The position numbers were made by a program, and so were the translations under genes. Of a stretch of 64,000 nt of DNA, positions 14,449 through 27,755 are shown piece after piece. Source of the DNA: Antedon mediterranea (taxonomy: Eukaryota; Animalia; Echinodermata); assembly GCF_964355755.1 (NCBI RefSeq), contig NC_092677.1, forward strand, positions 12,546,101 to 12,610,100. The letters are read 5' to 3'. The notes beneath the pieces are model-generated. The model had not been told where the DNA came from, made no database searches, and was given only the letters and a program-made list of their open reading frames with translations. The first letter of the stretch is position 1; each line of letters begins with the position of its first letter.

Positions 14449-14766
14449 ATAATAATAAAAATAATAATAATAGTTCATTCTTGTATAGCGCATATAAGCA
14501 AGCTCTCAATGCGCTGAACATTATTACCCCAGTCATTTCCTGATCAAACACCTATGGAAACATACTCCCATATATGCAGCTAGTAATCAGCGCAAAGTTG
14601 TGTCTTGATCTAACCGGGTTCCCAATTATACACCTGGGTGGAGAGAGGCAAACGTAAGTAAAGTATCTTGCTTAAGGATACAAGCAATGCGGCGAGAGTT
14701 GAATTCGAACCTCGGTCTAACGATCAGTAGTCGAACGTCCAACACACAGCGCCACACGCCCTCACC
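14449..14766 (-). mobile_element. Near full-length tRNA-derived CORE-SINE with L2-type 3' tail
   Basis: On the minus strand: A-box-like TGGCGCTGTGTG; B box GGTTCGAATTC; CORE-like GTATCCTTAAGCAAGATACTTTAC...GCCTCTCTCCACCCAGGTGTATAATTGGG; stem-loop AGCGCATTGAG...ATGCGCT typical of L2-mobilised tails; (TTA)n end. Confidence 0.88.
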
Positions 14767-15575
14767 CTTATACAGTTTACTTTATTTGAACTGTTATTAC
14801 TATACCCAAACATAATTAGATTAGCGAATGCAATTTATGATAAGAGAGACAACAGCATTGTCACATGTTTAACTTGTACGATGATTACAATTTTAGGCTT
14901 TGTCTCACCTACCCCGCTTGACTGACTAAGGTAAATAAAAGGTGATCCCAGTAGTACAACGCCAACTCTACATAGTTTTAGTTGAATGTATTCATAATTT
15001 TTAAAAAGAAACCTTTTTGTGTATAATTTATACTCTGGTACTTATTGTTCCTATGATGTATTCATTTCATTCATTACACCACACTGGTGGTATTCTATTG
15101 TTTAGAACAAACGAACGTACTATCAACAGGCTTATTACTTTCTGCTAAATGGTTATTTTTAGAGGTGTTGAAAATTTGAAAATTATAAGTAGGGTTGAAT
15201 ATGTTTTTGTAAATACCTAATCCATGGGCCTTTTTATCAATACATTAGAATGCCATAATAACTTTTGTATTTAATGGTAAGAACACTGTAATATGTTGTG
15301 TAAACAGTGAAGATGAAAACTTCTGGAACTTTACCCAGATTCGAACATCAACAGGCACCCTACAATTGAACCACTAGGCTCCCATGGTATATATAGTCAT
15401 TGTATTTATTATAATATGTAAACCAAACTAAAATCCCTAGCAACATGAATAGAAGGTTAATAAACTCTACTCAATGATGACCTATGGTCCAAAATATTAT
15501 ATAATATTAATACAAATTTAAATTTTTAAGACAGATCAATCCTACTATAAAAACCTGTCCAGCATTGTATTTTAA

Positions 15576-15827
15576 AGACACCTTCCCTACGTTTTTTAGA
15601 TCTATTTTAAGATCACAAACTATATTTAATGTAAAAATAATACTATATGGTCCTATTGTGATAACTTTTTTCATCTTTAAATGGTTAAAAATGTGAAAAA
15701 TAAGTCGATTCTAATAATTATAGCGGTCCGCTATAAATCCCAAAATGCATTGCGCGCGGATTGATATTTCTGTTTTTCTTCTGTAATTCGCCCACTTTTC
15801 GATCGATCGATCGTAGGGAAGGTGTCT
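15576..15827. mobile_element. Non-autonomous Kolobok-type DNA transposon (252 bp)
   Basis: Perfect 16-bp TIR AGACACCTTCCCTACG/CGTAGGGAAGGTGTCT, with TTAA on both sides (15572-15575, 15828-15831). The AG..CT termini fit Kolobok rather than piggyBac (CC..GG). Confidence 0.85.
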
Positions 15828-17634
15828 TTAAATATTTTGGGGTTTTAATCAAAACAAAGATTCTTTATTTACTACATATCAAATTGAATTAGCTGGGGTC
15901 TATAAAGTAAGAAGAATCTAACAGACATATCTCATATATTGTCATTTTTATGTTTTCTGAGAAAACATTATAATCTGTTGCCAACAAATCACACACAACA
16001 GTGTGCATCAGAGCATGACACTATTGGCCTAATAGTTACAACTTCCACAGCGTTACCTGTTGTCATAGGTCAATCCAAATCAAATTCTGACCTTCGCCCT
16101 CAAGACGAACCAAAAGGTCACATGGTGTAGTGTTCTAAAGATGCTAACCTGCTGGAATGGCATGGACTTAACTTGGATATTATCTCCATGTGAGAAAGTC
16201 ATAGAAAAAACCATTTCTTTCGTTAACTTTGGTAACATTATCCATACAGCTAATGGGAAGGATATATGCTATAAGAGATGGCTTATCAAGATATTCAAAC
16301 AAAACATAAATCAAAAAAAGAAGATGATAACATCATCAAACTTCACTTTTAATTTGACAATATTCTTCTAATCAATTTTATATTAAACTCTTAAATTGGA
16401 AGAAAATTCAATTCAGAAGCTTCTGTCTTGTTGAACATCATTTTTACAGAAACCTGAATGTTTCTATTTCATTTAGAAATCAATTTTATTTTTATAATTA
16501 TAACAGCTTTAGTTAAAATTAGTATTTATTAACTTATTTATATTACTAATTTTTTATTTAAGTTAGATTATTAGGTAAGCTAATCATGGTAATATTAAAT
16601 ATTGTTGTGGTATGTATATAATAAAAGTCATAAGTGTAATTATTTTCATTGTATTACTAATTATTAATAGTTATTTATTTATTTATGTTTTAATTAATTA
16701 CTAGCAACCAGACAATAATAGCCAGAGTTCCCTATTTAGTTTTGTATATTATGACAAAAACAGAGTAAAATATTAAATTACAAACGCAAGATTTCCTTAA
16801 ACAACCTTTTTGTAAACACTCAAATTTCAATTAAAACTAATTTCATGTGTTTTAAACAACATTCATGTCCTCACATTAAATAATAAATGGAGAAAGAAGT
16901 ACAGAGGTTTAATCAGATAAAAGTCTGTAATCTCGTCAATGAACAAGTTGCAATGATTGTATATCCACTGATAGTCGAGAAAGTCCCTCACAGGTATACT
17001 AACTGCGAAAGCAGCTCCTAGGTGTACTGGCTGTCAACTAATGCTAAGAATTCATCCATTACTAGGCCTGACTGCTGCCGATAGCTAACCTATGCTGATA
17101 AAATAGGCCAGAAGTGCCTGTATGTTTATGTGCATTTACACCAAGGAATGGCAAAGGTAAGGCATGCATCTGGTGTGTTGATACCGGAGGGCATCGAAGG
17201 GACTTCACACAAGGCCATGCTTAGAACAAGTCAATATGTACCATGGATTCTATATCGGTAACATCACTTATATACAAGGTAAAGATAAAGATTGTTTAAA
17301 AATTAATATTGATTATTAAACATGTCTATAAAGGAATCTTAAAAATAGAAACATAAATTATAGAATTGTGTTGAATAAACTGATTTTAAAAGTAGATGAA
17401 AATAAGAATGTTACAACAGTGAAAATAAAATAGTATTAACTAATTTGACCAAGATTAAATTAGGTAGGTATGTCATCAATATATAAAACTTATATTTGAA
17501 TATTAGAAAACAAAACTTGGCAATCTGTAAAATACAATATTGATAGATATTCTCAAAACAATAAATACATACAATCCAAACCTAAACAAAGAAAGTTTTA
17601 TAGAACGAAAAAATAATACACCATTTAAGCTTAC

Positions 17635-17706
17635 CAATTAGAAAGTCCATAGGAGAGCCCGGCCACTCAAGAGGCAAATACTGCTTTACTGCTAATAAAG
17701 TAATGT
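17635..17706 (-). CDS. Weak candidate 72-bp exon (phase 1-1)
   Basis: cttacattccacag|...ATTG|gtaagc. The single open frame xITLLAVKQYLPLEWPGSPMDFLI is phase-compatible with the 4339-4390 candidate. No recognisable homology. Confidence 0.18.
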
Positions 17707-20700
17707 CTGTGGAATGTAAGCTGTCCCTCCTAATCAACAATTGCATATTAAATTTGAAACCCTGGCCAATTGGTGTCTTTCTAACTAAGGTCCCTGTGGA
17801 TCGACACTCTGTTCTTTGATGAACAGCATTGGTAGAGGTCTAATTAACCTAGCTAACCCCAACAAGCCTCCTCTTAAACACTAAACGTTGATTCAGCTAC
17901 AGAATTATTACCATCCCTGTGTTTTACCTTTTGCTCGCCCCATTTACCCTTGAACTGTTTTAAGTTTCTTGCAGATTTTAATGAGATCGCCAAAGGGGGT
18001 CTAATCAGTGAAACCAACGGCAGTAAAAATACTCGGCGAATCTTTTAATACTCCTCACCTCTTAAGATAAATACCGGCAAGAAAAAAAAAACCACTTGTT
18101 AAGGTTTTGCTATAACACAAGTGCGAGTAAATAATTAAATGAACACAATTATTTGTAATATTCCTAAGAGATCTGTTGGTTTCTGAACATACATATACAT
18201 TACGAAGCTAACACTATGAAAATTAATTCTAGCCTCTGGAATAGATTAATGAAGCAACATGTTTGATGTATGCACATGTAGAAATTCTGACAACTACAAG
18301 CTCAGCAGGCGCTAAACCTGATTGCATATCAAAATACTCCCTCTATGCGTTTAAATCCGTCGTAAAAATATGATCTGATTTTAATAAAATTACAATATAT
18401 TTAATTAAAGATGAAACAATGATTTGATCTTTATTAAAAATCTTTGGTTGCTTAGTAAAAAAGTAATACTGTAACATTTCAAACAGGAACAAAGAGTTGA
18501 TTGTATAAATATATGTAATTTCTATAGTAATATATTGAGTGTGAAAAGCAAAAATAAATTTAACTTCACAATTAAAAGTGGTACTTATTCACTTATATAT
18601 TTTTACTTGACTAATAAAATAATTCTGAAGTGAAAAGATTAGAAATATTTTTATCATAATATATATACATCAGTTTTGTAAAAATAATTTGTTTTCTTCT
18701 AAACGCAAACCTATCAAAAGTTTAAGGTAATAAAATAAATAGGCTATACAAAATCTTACAACATTTCTTTGGTAATATCAACATAATTATTGTTTCAAAT
18801 TTTTTTTCTGAAATTCACCTTTTTTATTATGGAAACAGTCTGTGTTACTCTGGCCTTGAAAATGAGTTTTGGTATCAAATTTTAAAGCAATCTTCGCATT
18901 TAACCATCAAGTTGATTCAAGTTACGTATTTGGAATTAACCTAGGTGGGCTAGTAAAATTAAAATCTAGACATCAACTTCTTTTTGTAATCTTAATAATA
19001 TTTCTTCCCAAGTATAGTATTACTATTTTTAATTTATTTTGTGAAACTTTATTATAGTATTTCTTTAATCAGGTTTAAATTTGAATAATAAAAGTATTTT
19101 TCTACAACAAGTTTGAAAAATGTTGAGGTTATGGTGCAACTCGCAACACAGTGTTTTAACGATTCTTCAATGTATGTATACAACTTTGTAATAAATCGGA
19201 AGAGAGGTAACAACTATGCTTGATAGCTGTAACATACATACTGCCCTCTGGATTATATTGTAGGTTTGATGGTTTTACCTGTTTACTTAGGCTTGGATAA
19301 AATACTGTATTTAACACCAGGCTCGGAATTCTAACTCTGCTGAGCCACTGAAAACACTGTGTCAGGTATAGTGTGTAGGCAATGAGTATGCAACAACATT
19401 TAAACAGCTACAATATTTAGGTGTAGAACTTGAAGAAGGTCATGGGCCAAGGTACAAGTAGTAGTGGACATTAGTAGCCAATTACTGTGGAAGTCCAGCA
19501 GCAAACGCATGATACTTGGCCTACCAGTTTTTTAGTTGATTATAAGCAAAGTCTTTTTTTAGAATTATCTAAGCAACATCTACTACACAAGACAGATAAA
19601 CTGTATTGATATTTATACACAGACTGTATAAAAATGTGCTCTCCGTTCCAAATGTAGAATGCTTAAATACTACAATATAAATGTGTAAAATACTATATAA
19701 AATAAATAAATTATCATACACATTAATTGCACGTCTGGACGGAAAAAAATTACACCAAAAATGGTTTACATGTAGGTCTAAGTCAAGGCAACAAAAAATC
19801 AATCTGAGACATTTATGAATTAATTTTAAACTTATAAAAACTCAATTAACCAATTCAAATAGAGAATTAGTATTGGTAAAAAATGCATCCTGATCCAGAC
19901 ACAAAGAAGGATTAGACAAGCTTAAGAAATAAAATCTAAAGGAATGTAATCAACTAATAAACATACCGTTGTACAAGACACAGATTCTAAAACAAGAAGC
20001 TCTAGCTAAATGCCTTATATTTTCCATGGTCACACAATGAGGCCTTAATCCCTCGTTCAACACTAATCACCTGGTCTGGATTTCATTTTGACTAATAACT
20101 AATCCCCAGATTAAATACAAATCTTCCGATTTAATCCATCATGCGATCCGCTTGGCCGCCGCCTCCTCCCCGGGAAAGTAGTATACGAGTGGTGAATTTA
20201 TCCCAGACAGCGATTGTATACTTAGTGATGCGTAAAGATTTTGACACATTCAACGTTTCTATTTGCATATCATTCAGAAAAAAATTGTTGTACAGCATCA
20301 TATCATAATTTTTATTGCAATAATGTGTGAAAAAAAGATAATTAAGAGCGAACAACCTCAGATGTATGTAATTATTCAAGAATATATATTTATGTTGGTT
20401 GGTGCATTTGTATAAGGTCAAGGACAGGCCTGCATTTACTGTCGTCTTGTGCAAATCTTATATAGAAAGTACTGGCTTTGGGGGCGGGTTGGTTCTGTAG
20501 TAGTGATGTCAAAATAGTTGGAAACTTACTGGACAATGTTTCCCTTTTCTCAGATCTTTTTTTTTAAAGACCAAATATCAAACAGGACTGCCCAGGTTTC
20601 TTTATTATCAACATTTTCTAACTTCAATTTATCTGTACTTTTCTTGCAACTTTAAAGTGGTTTTTTATTATTATGTACAACAAGGGGTAAAAATAAGATA

Positions 20701-22195
20701 TAATACAGATAAACACCTATGCCACAATATCTATAAAGTAAGATAACTGGAGAAATTATTAGTTTAATTATTTTTTCCTCTCATACCGTAACCACTTATT
20801 ACAACTATATCTGATTTTTCAACCAAACTGATTTTTTCAATGTCGTCGGCTAAAGTGTTATGCCACCTATTATATAATTTACAAACTAATATAATCCAAG
20901 ATTCATATTTTCAAGTCATAAACGACAGACCTTATTAGCTTTGATCACCCCACAAGACAATTACTACTCGGAACAAAGGATATAAGATATCGCAGAGAAG
21001 GCCTAGGTCTTACTTAATAACTCAACAATACAATAATTAGAACGATATTGCGTTTATGTCAATTTAGAAATTAAGCTCAAGAATAATCATATAGCATTGT
21101 GACCATGCCTAGAATATAGATGGATTATTCGCTGGCAATAAATTCTAAGTGCTATTGAAAGCCTGTTCAATTTTAATTACTCCTTTACATGTACGCTACA
21201 ACAAAGGATTTTAGTGAAATACTAAATCAGATATACTATTAACATTAATATATAAATATGATTCTTACACATGAAATGCTACATGGTGCGATTTGGTAGG
21301 CTCTATACATGGATCACTTTCCCAACCATGAACTTATGAAATTTAAAACAACAGTTTACGAAAGACTGGACATTAGATTTAGTTTAAAACTTTCTCATTT
21401 TACTATATTTAGGCCCTGCCACACCACCCGTCTCCCAATACACCTTTTTTCTAAAATCTTGGATTCACCACTGGCCTTAACTAGTGAGAACCTAACTAGA
21501 GCCAATAATCAAATCTTTGGCCTCAGTGGGTCAGTGAAAATAAGTACCAGTGTCCAGATTTGAAGTTACAATTTAAATTGAGTAATTAGTTCAAGATCAA
21601 CTCCTCCATGTTCTTTGCAGTCACACCATTAAACTTTATCTGATGTTAAAATTATTTAATAGGCGACACTTCTACTAAACTTTGCGATTAAAGCAATTAA
21701 CATATGGCAACTATTACTGATAAGAAAGAGTTATTTTTCCGGGTATTATTAATGAAGACCATTGTTCTTAATCACCCCATCTCTAATTTTCTTTTTGTCT
21801 AAAAAAACGCTTATCTTATCTTTCAACACTAGATACCGGTGTTTCATACCAGTACTCAGACCAATGAAGATTGTGCTTAAAATCAGCTTGTTTCTCCCTC
21901 ATGCATCTTTTAACAAGTCTAAATAATTAGTAAATTTGTGAGAATCGGATTAGATCTGTTTCTTCTCTACCTATTAATCAAGTTATCCCTGTATAGTGTC
22001 GCTAAGATGACGTCGTCGTCGTAGTACTTCTCAAGCTCAGTTAACTTATTATGTTACTACTACAAATTACAATGGATTTTCATGTGCTGGCTTCGATTTA
22101 ATTTTCTAACATTCACACTGGGCTACACTAGGTAGCTTCTTGTCAAATTCAGGCATTGTTTTCTTCATTTTAATTATATTGGATTTACGAAAGTA

Positions 22196-22290
22196 CAGAA
22201 GAAACTCTCCTTTGGGACACCTCTATTCAGAGGACACTCCTAATAAGAGGACACCTCTATTGAGGGGACATTCTTAATAAGGGGACACTT
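22196..22290. mobile_element. Left end of pogo/Tigger-like MITE with five 17-bp subterminal repeats
   Basis: TA|CAGAAGAAACTCTCC, then GGACAY at 22215, 22232, 22249, 22266 and 22283 (17-bp period, alternating spacers). The same GGGACACCTCTATT motif recurs near 27452, 30620 and 56068. Confidence 0.7.
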
Positions 22291-24911
22291 TGGTCTTTTG
22301 AAAAGTACCAATATGATTTTTAAAAAAGGGAAGGAGATAGTGAAAAAGGAGAACATTGCTTAAATTTGTACCATAGTTTATAAAATTCAACAAATGAGAC
22401 AAAATAGAATTAAATTATGTTTAATTATTACTTTTAAACTCATTTATAAGCTCGTGGTAAGGCCAATTTAATATGCTAATTAACATAACACAGACCTCTA
22501 GTACAATCTACTTATTTATGTTCTTTTAGGAGTACGCATGAGTTAATTGCTACTGACAATAAGGCATATAAAATATTGGACAGACGTTAATGAAATTTAA
22601 GTCATAACAAATCTAATTTCTTTGAGATTATATCAAAATGGTGAATCATTCATTGGATTCGGTTTTCATATTATTACATATTAACTTAACTCACCATTCC
22701 GAACCACAATAGTTTTACAATTTAGAAAATTCACAAATTGTCATTGTAAACATTTATGAATCCAGTAACTAGGTATCATGCTAATTTTAAAGATATTGTT
22801 TTTCTAAATAAATCGAGTCATGCCTGTTTTGATGTGTAACTAAATTCAGGAAAACAAAGATTAGTTTGAGATTTTCACAAAAATCCTCGTCAACGTTACT
22901 GCCCTTTTTCTGAGCCACTCACTAATTTTCTCCGATCCTAACAAACAATTATTTAAGTCTGTAAGTAATCCATCTTCGCTTTCTTTGGACCTGAACTTTA
23001 CCTGGACAGACCATATGTACTTCCTTAGCCCCAGAAGACCTACCGCACCTGTTCTGATTTAGCAACTAATTTTTCTAAAAACTTTCTGACATAATAACCC
23101 TTTTTTTTCATTTTCTTATAAACACGGTGTGTACTTACTTTGTTTAAGCCTGAATGTTCACTGATGGCACATCATAAACTGCAAGATAAAAATAATTGTT
23201 CATATTTTACAAAAATTTGAAGGAAAATTATGCATAACATACAATTTACAATAAATGTAAAATATAGATACATTTCACAGTTATTTAAGTATCTTAATTT
23301 ATTTATTTATTTATTTTTTTTTAAATTTACATATGGACCTACCAACTACCTTCCCCAACAACCTTTAATTTCATAAATCATATAAAATGCTTGAATATTT
23401 ATATCAAGATGAAAATTTGTCACATTTTGTGTGAATTGGGTACAATGTTACTTTTAGTGACAATTCTTCAATAATGTTTTAATAAAAAAGTTAACTGTAA
23501 TATTTTTCAAGAAATAATTATCTACAAAATTTGGAGAATTATCCGATTGCTCTTTTAATGTTTAATGGAATTCACAACAAAAATAAATGGTGAACCAAAT
23601 ATTTCAGTGTTAAACAATCACATGAAAAGGATGAACCAAATGTTAATTGTAGGTGAAAATTGTTGATATAATGCAGTTAAGAATACCAACATGATTCAGT
23701 GGTCTCCTAAAACATTAAACAAAGGCACAGCCGAAAACATTAGCCTGGCAATTTATTGGGCCCAATTAAAGCATGACCTAGTACTTGAATGAGCCTTCTC
23801 TTCCTGTATGTCAGTAAACAACTTAAAGGGACACTGTGAATCAATCGTATTATACAACGAACACATCAAGAAAACTTCTCAAAAACTTTTAAATAGGATA
23901 TATACAGATATCACTGTATAGTATTAATTATAAGTATGTCACATGAGGTCTTGTATAAATCCAATCATTAATATTCACTAATATAACTTTCCTTATCAAC
24001 ACTTAGTATAATGACCTAACAAACATTGTTGTACTTTAGTCTAACCACTATTATATAATAATCTCTTGCCTATATATTATGAAACTTTGATCTGGAGTGA
24101 AGCCCTAATTTTGCCTTTTCTTTCAAACGATGATCACATTTGAAACAAACACGATGATAATAATTATTTGAGTTACAAGGTAAATATTGATTTGGCAGTT
24201 AGAGACCGTGTTGCTTAGGTAATAGACAAAATTACTAATTGTGAACTCGTAACCTTTATTTTTATTTGTCGTTTTGCGCGTTTCTGTATTACAATGAAAG
24301 ATATGGCTCTAAAATATAGAAAATTAATTGATTAATCAAAATGACGGTTACAGAATTCAATTTCAGTTAAAGATGTTCACATTTAATACCCTAATAAGGT
24401 ACTATGATTTGGTAACGGAAATAGTACTCCAAAAATATTGTTATGCCTACCTAAAAGATAATCTATTGCTCTTGTCATCTTTGCCCAAATCTTGTAACAA
24501 TTCAACACTAAATCATTCTTAGGCCTTAAAATTGTTATTCATAATTTTAACAATATTTATAAACATGTTCTATTTATAAGCCTATATCAATTATTCTATT
24601 AAAGATATAATACAAAAACAAGTAAATACAAAATGTCATTTGTTACTATTCAGAAGCAAAATAATATGCAATTACTTTAGGTTTATTTACATGTAAAAAT
24701 TCTACAAAACAAAAATGTTAATTTACTGTTTTCACTGAAAATTTACTGTAATGTTATCAAGCTATCTATGTTAATTTATACACATGGGTGATTAAGCTCG
24801 TATCTCATTAGTATTGATTAAAGGGACTGTCTCTCAAGTTCATGTTATAACTGGAATTAAACCATTGACATTTTACTAGTAATTATCATCATATTTTCAA
24901 TTTTTCCTTAT

Positions 24912-25126
24912 TGAGTCTTCTCGGATAAGGACTATAAACCGTAGGCCCAGTGTACACATCTAGCTCGTGTGCACTAGTACATCTTTCGAGACGAGTAGGG
25001 GGTGACCCCGGTGTATTAGTACATCACAGCCACTGATCACCAACTGGGCCCTCTGGGAGACCAGTCTTTGACTGAAGAGGTAATACCCAGTATAAATATA
25101 AATTTCAATTCAATTTAATTCAATTG
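24912..25126 (+). mobile_element. 5'-truncated Deu/Nin-domain-like SINE (copy 1)
   Basis: TCTTCTCGGATAAGGACTATAAACCGTAGGCCC...TTCGAGACGAGTAGGGGGTGACCCCGGTGT resembles the Deu-domain core (CGGATGAGACGTTAAACCGAGGTCC...GAAGAGCAGGGG..CCCCGGTGT, recalled). It has a (TTCAA)n tail and an inverted second copy at 2136-2322. Confidence 0.82.
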
Positions 25127-25648
25127 AGAAATGCTACTCTAATTGCCATTTATGTAGTATCAATAGGAAGTGGAAACAATTGTTTGCCCCTTTGCTACCA
25201 GGCAACCAGTAGGACTTAATGTGATGGAGAAAAGGTGGGGATTAATTGAATTTAACAGAGTTTATAAAAAAACATATAATCCAAGCATACAAAAACATCC
25301 ATTTGTATTGTCCTATGTTATTAACTTATAAGGAAGTAGTCAGCTGAGAACGCTGCTGTTACTCAAAACCAAGACAAATCAGGTGACTAAACAAGTCAGG
25401 TGGCTGTACAGGTCAGGTGATATGATTTTCACCTTAATAACACCTTCTGGCTTACTGATCCAACTGTCCACAGGCAGCCAATGAACTTGAGAGAAAACTG
25501 TGTGATGTGATATTACTTTACCAATGAATATGAAAATGTCTGTGACCTCGGTCTGACGAATTGAAACACAGACAGATGATTAACATTTTAATCATAGGTG
25601 TCCAATTAAAAATACCTCTAAATAGAGACCACATGAAGAAAATAGCAT

Positions 25649-25738
25649 TAGCTCAAATGAACCATGCTTCTACCAGGGAGTTGTTATTACAACTCCCTGC
25701 TTCTACTTAGAGGGTATGTTTATGGTTCATTTGAGCTA
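25649..25738. mobile_element. Short inverted-repeat element (17-bp perfect arms) hosting a nested insertion
   Basis: TAGCTCAAATGAACCAT (25649-25665) / ATGGTTCATTTGAGCTA (25722-25738). Confidence 0.7.
25674..25699. mobile_element. 26-bp palindromic mini-insertion with 7-bp target-site duplication (CA..TG termini)
   Basis: CAGGGAGTTGT-TATT-ACAACTCCCTG flanked by the direct repeat CTTCTAC (25667-25673 and 25700-25706). Confidence 0.8.
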
Positions 25739-27245
25739 TTGGGTATTTAACACCTACAATATTTAAAACAGAAAGTTTATTCAAATACTTATATAGTTGT
25801 TACTCTACTAGTCTGGTATGTATTGCTTTCACTTGAATCTAAACATTATACATAGTTTATCAGTGCTACTTTTAATGACTTGTACTTACAAGTGACTCCT
25901 ATGAAAAGTATTTTGATGCTTTCAATTATATTACCTTTCAATCATAAACATGGTGAGAATAAAAGTGTACATAATTTAGAGAAGTTACACCTGTATGCTA
26001 ATTACTTTTGGTTAATTAATATATGTGTTACCTTTTTTATACTCTCTCTAGACCTTTAATCCCCGCTCCCTTCCCTCCTCCTTTCTACTGCCACCTTTCT
26101 TGCCTTTTGATCATTAAATAAAGTACTGCTGAAAGCCTTATCAACATAGCATGTTACAAAAGTACACTAATTCTAATGATGAAATTCTCCTAAGGTAATT
26201 TGATATACAGTATTAATTAAAATGACAATTTTCTGGGTTTTTTCTTGAAAATTGCAAAGACTTTAATTAAAATGAAAATGTTTGCAACAAAAACTAATTA
26301 CTAAATGAACCTAATTTTTCTGCAAGCAAAATGTAACAATGCTTGGGGGTGTAACTGTACAATAGTAATGTTTATATTAATTTTCATTAAAATTGAGTAG
26401 CTTTGCTAATTACTAACAGCCAAATTAGGTAATTGGTCTAGTAAAAAATATGTTTGGGGACTGAGTTATCAAACTGACAAACTGAAAAAAAAAGCCAGTC
26501 CCTAATGTTACATAATCAAGATTTGAACTTGGGTCTTCCATTTAAGAGGCTCTGTGATCTACCACACCTGTTCACATTTACTGGAAACAAGACTGGAAAC
26601 TTTTTACCATGGAGATTCTAAGTGTCTTCAGAACTTTGGTCTTTTATGAAAAAAGTTTTGAGTTGAATGAAACTATTTTGGCTTTTATGATGAGTAATTA
26701 ACAAATTCTAAGAATACAATAATTGGAAACTTCTCAGCAGTGATAACCATTAAATAACGATGTCAGTGAATGAAAAACAAGTTTTAAAATATTCTGTAAA
26801 CTGGCAGATTTAAATATTCAATGTAAAAACAAAGAGGCTCTCAAGTTGGCTTGAATAACGTCAATTAATTGGTACAACTAATGAAGACAGGAAAGGCGCC
26901 AACATGCTAAATCACTTTCAATTAAACTTTCTCTGATTTCTAATTAGTACAAATGTTATAAGGAAACAGTAGATAGTAAATCCAGACAGAGGCAAAACAA
27001 CTGGGGTAAAAAGATGATTCAAATCAAACATCATTACTTAAATACTCACTCAATATTGTTTATAAACATTTAAAATTACTGTACACATGAAAATGTGGTA
27101 TAAGTTCAACAAGAAACATGTATTTGTAATCTTGTAAGTCTGTAATGTGAATTACAATGGTCAAATAAGAACTCAATTGACCAGCTTACATTGTTTAGTA
27201 AATTTAGCCAGCCTATTATGATGTGTCCCTCTGTTGATATTAATA

Positions 27246-27579
27246 CAGTGGAACCCAGAGCCATATACAGTACAGCTAGCTCTCCCAATATCGGAGCACC
27301 TTTGGGCTGGCTAAATATGTCTGGTTTTCTGAAAAGTCTGGTTTTCTGGAAATTCTGATATTCGGAATGTTTTTTTAATGGTAAAAATGAATTTGAGACT
27401 GTTTGGACAGAAACGTCTGGTATTGGGAGATTTGACTGTATTAGAAGAGTTTGGGATATCTCTATTCAATAGACACCACCAATTATGGATACGAACAAGG
27501 TGTAATACGACCAACCCCTATTAAGATGTTTTGTCTTTCTTTGGTCCCAAACATGTCCCCTTAAAATCCGGTTCAACTG
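27246..27579. mobile_element. Decayed pogo/Tigger-like MITE interrupted by a second MITE
   Basis: Ends TA|CAGTGGAACC ... GGTTCAACTG. Internal GGGATATCTCTATTC, CCCCTATTAAG, TTGGTCCC and TGTCCCCTTAA motifs belong to the GGGACAC family. Confidence 0.55.
27273..27438. mobile_element. pogo/Tc1-mariner-type MITE (166 bp)
   Basis: TA TSD on both sides. Imperfect TIR CAGCTAGCTCTCCCAATATCGGA / TCTGGTATTGGGAGATTTGACTG. Related copies at 31277 and 13752. Confidence 0.8.
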
Positions 27580-27681
27580 TTTAGTAGGAAAACATTTTTG
27601 TTATGGACTATCCTAATATTTACTATACTGTAAATCATCTAAATACAATACTGTTTTCTGGTTACGCTTACAAGAAGTATA

Positions 27682-27755
27682 CAGAAGACCTCCTATACAG
27701 GAGACACATTTGGGACCCAACAAAGCGAGGTGTCCGCTGAATAGGTGTTGTACTG
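27682..27755. mobile_element. Short pogo/Tigger-like MITE
   Basis: TA|CAGAAGACCTCCTATACAGGAGACAC ... GTGTCCGCTGAATAGGTGTTGTACTG|TA, an imperfect inverted repeat. Confidence 0.6.
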
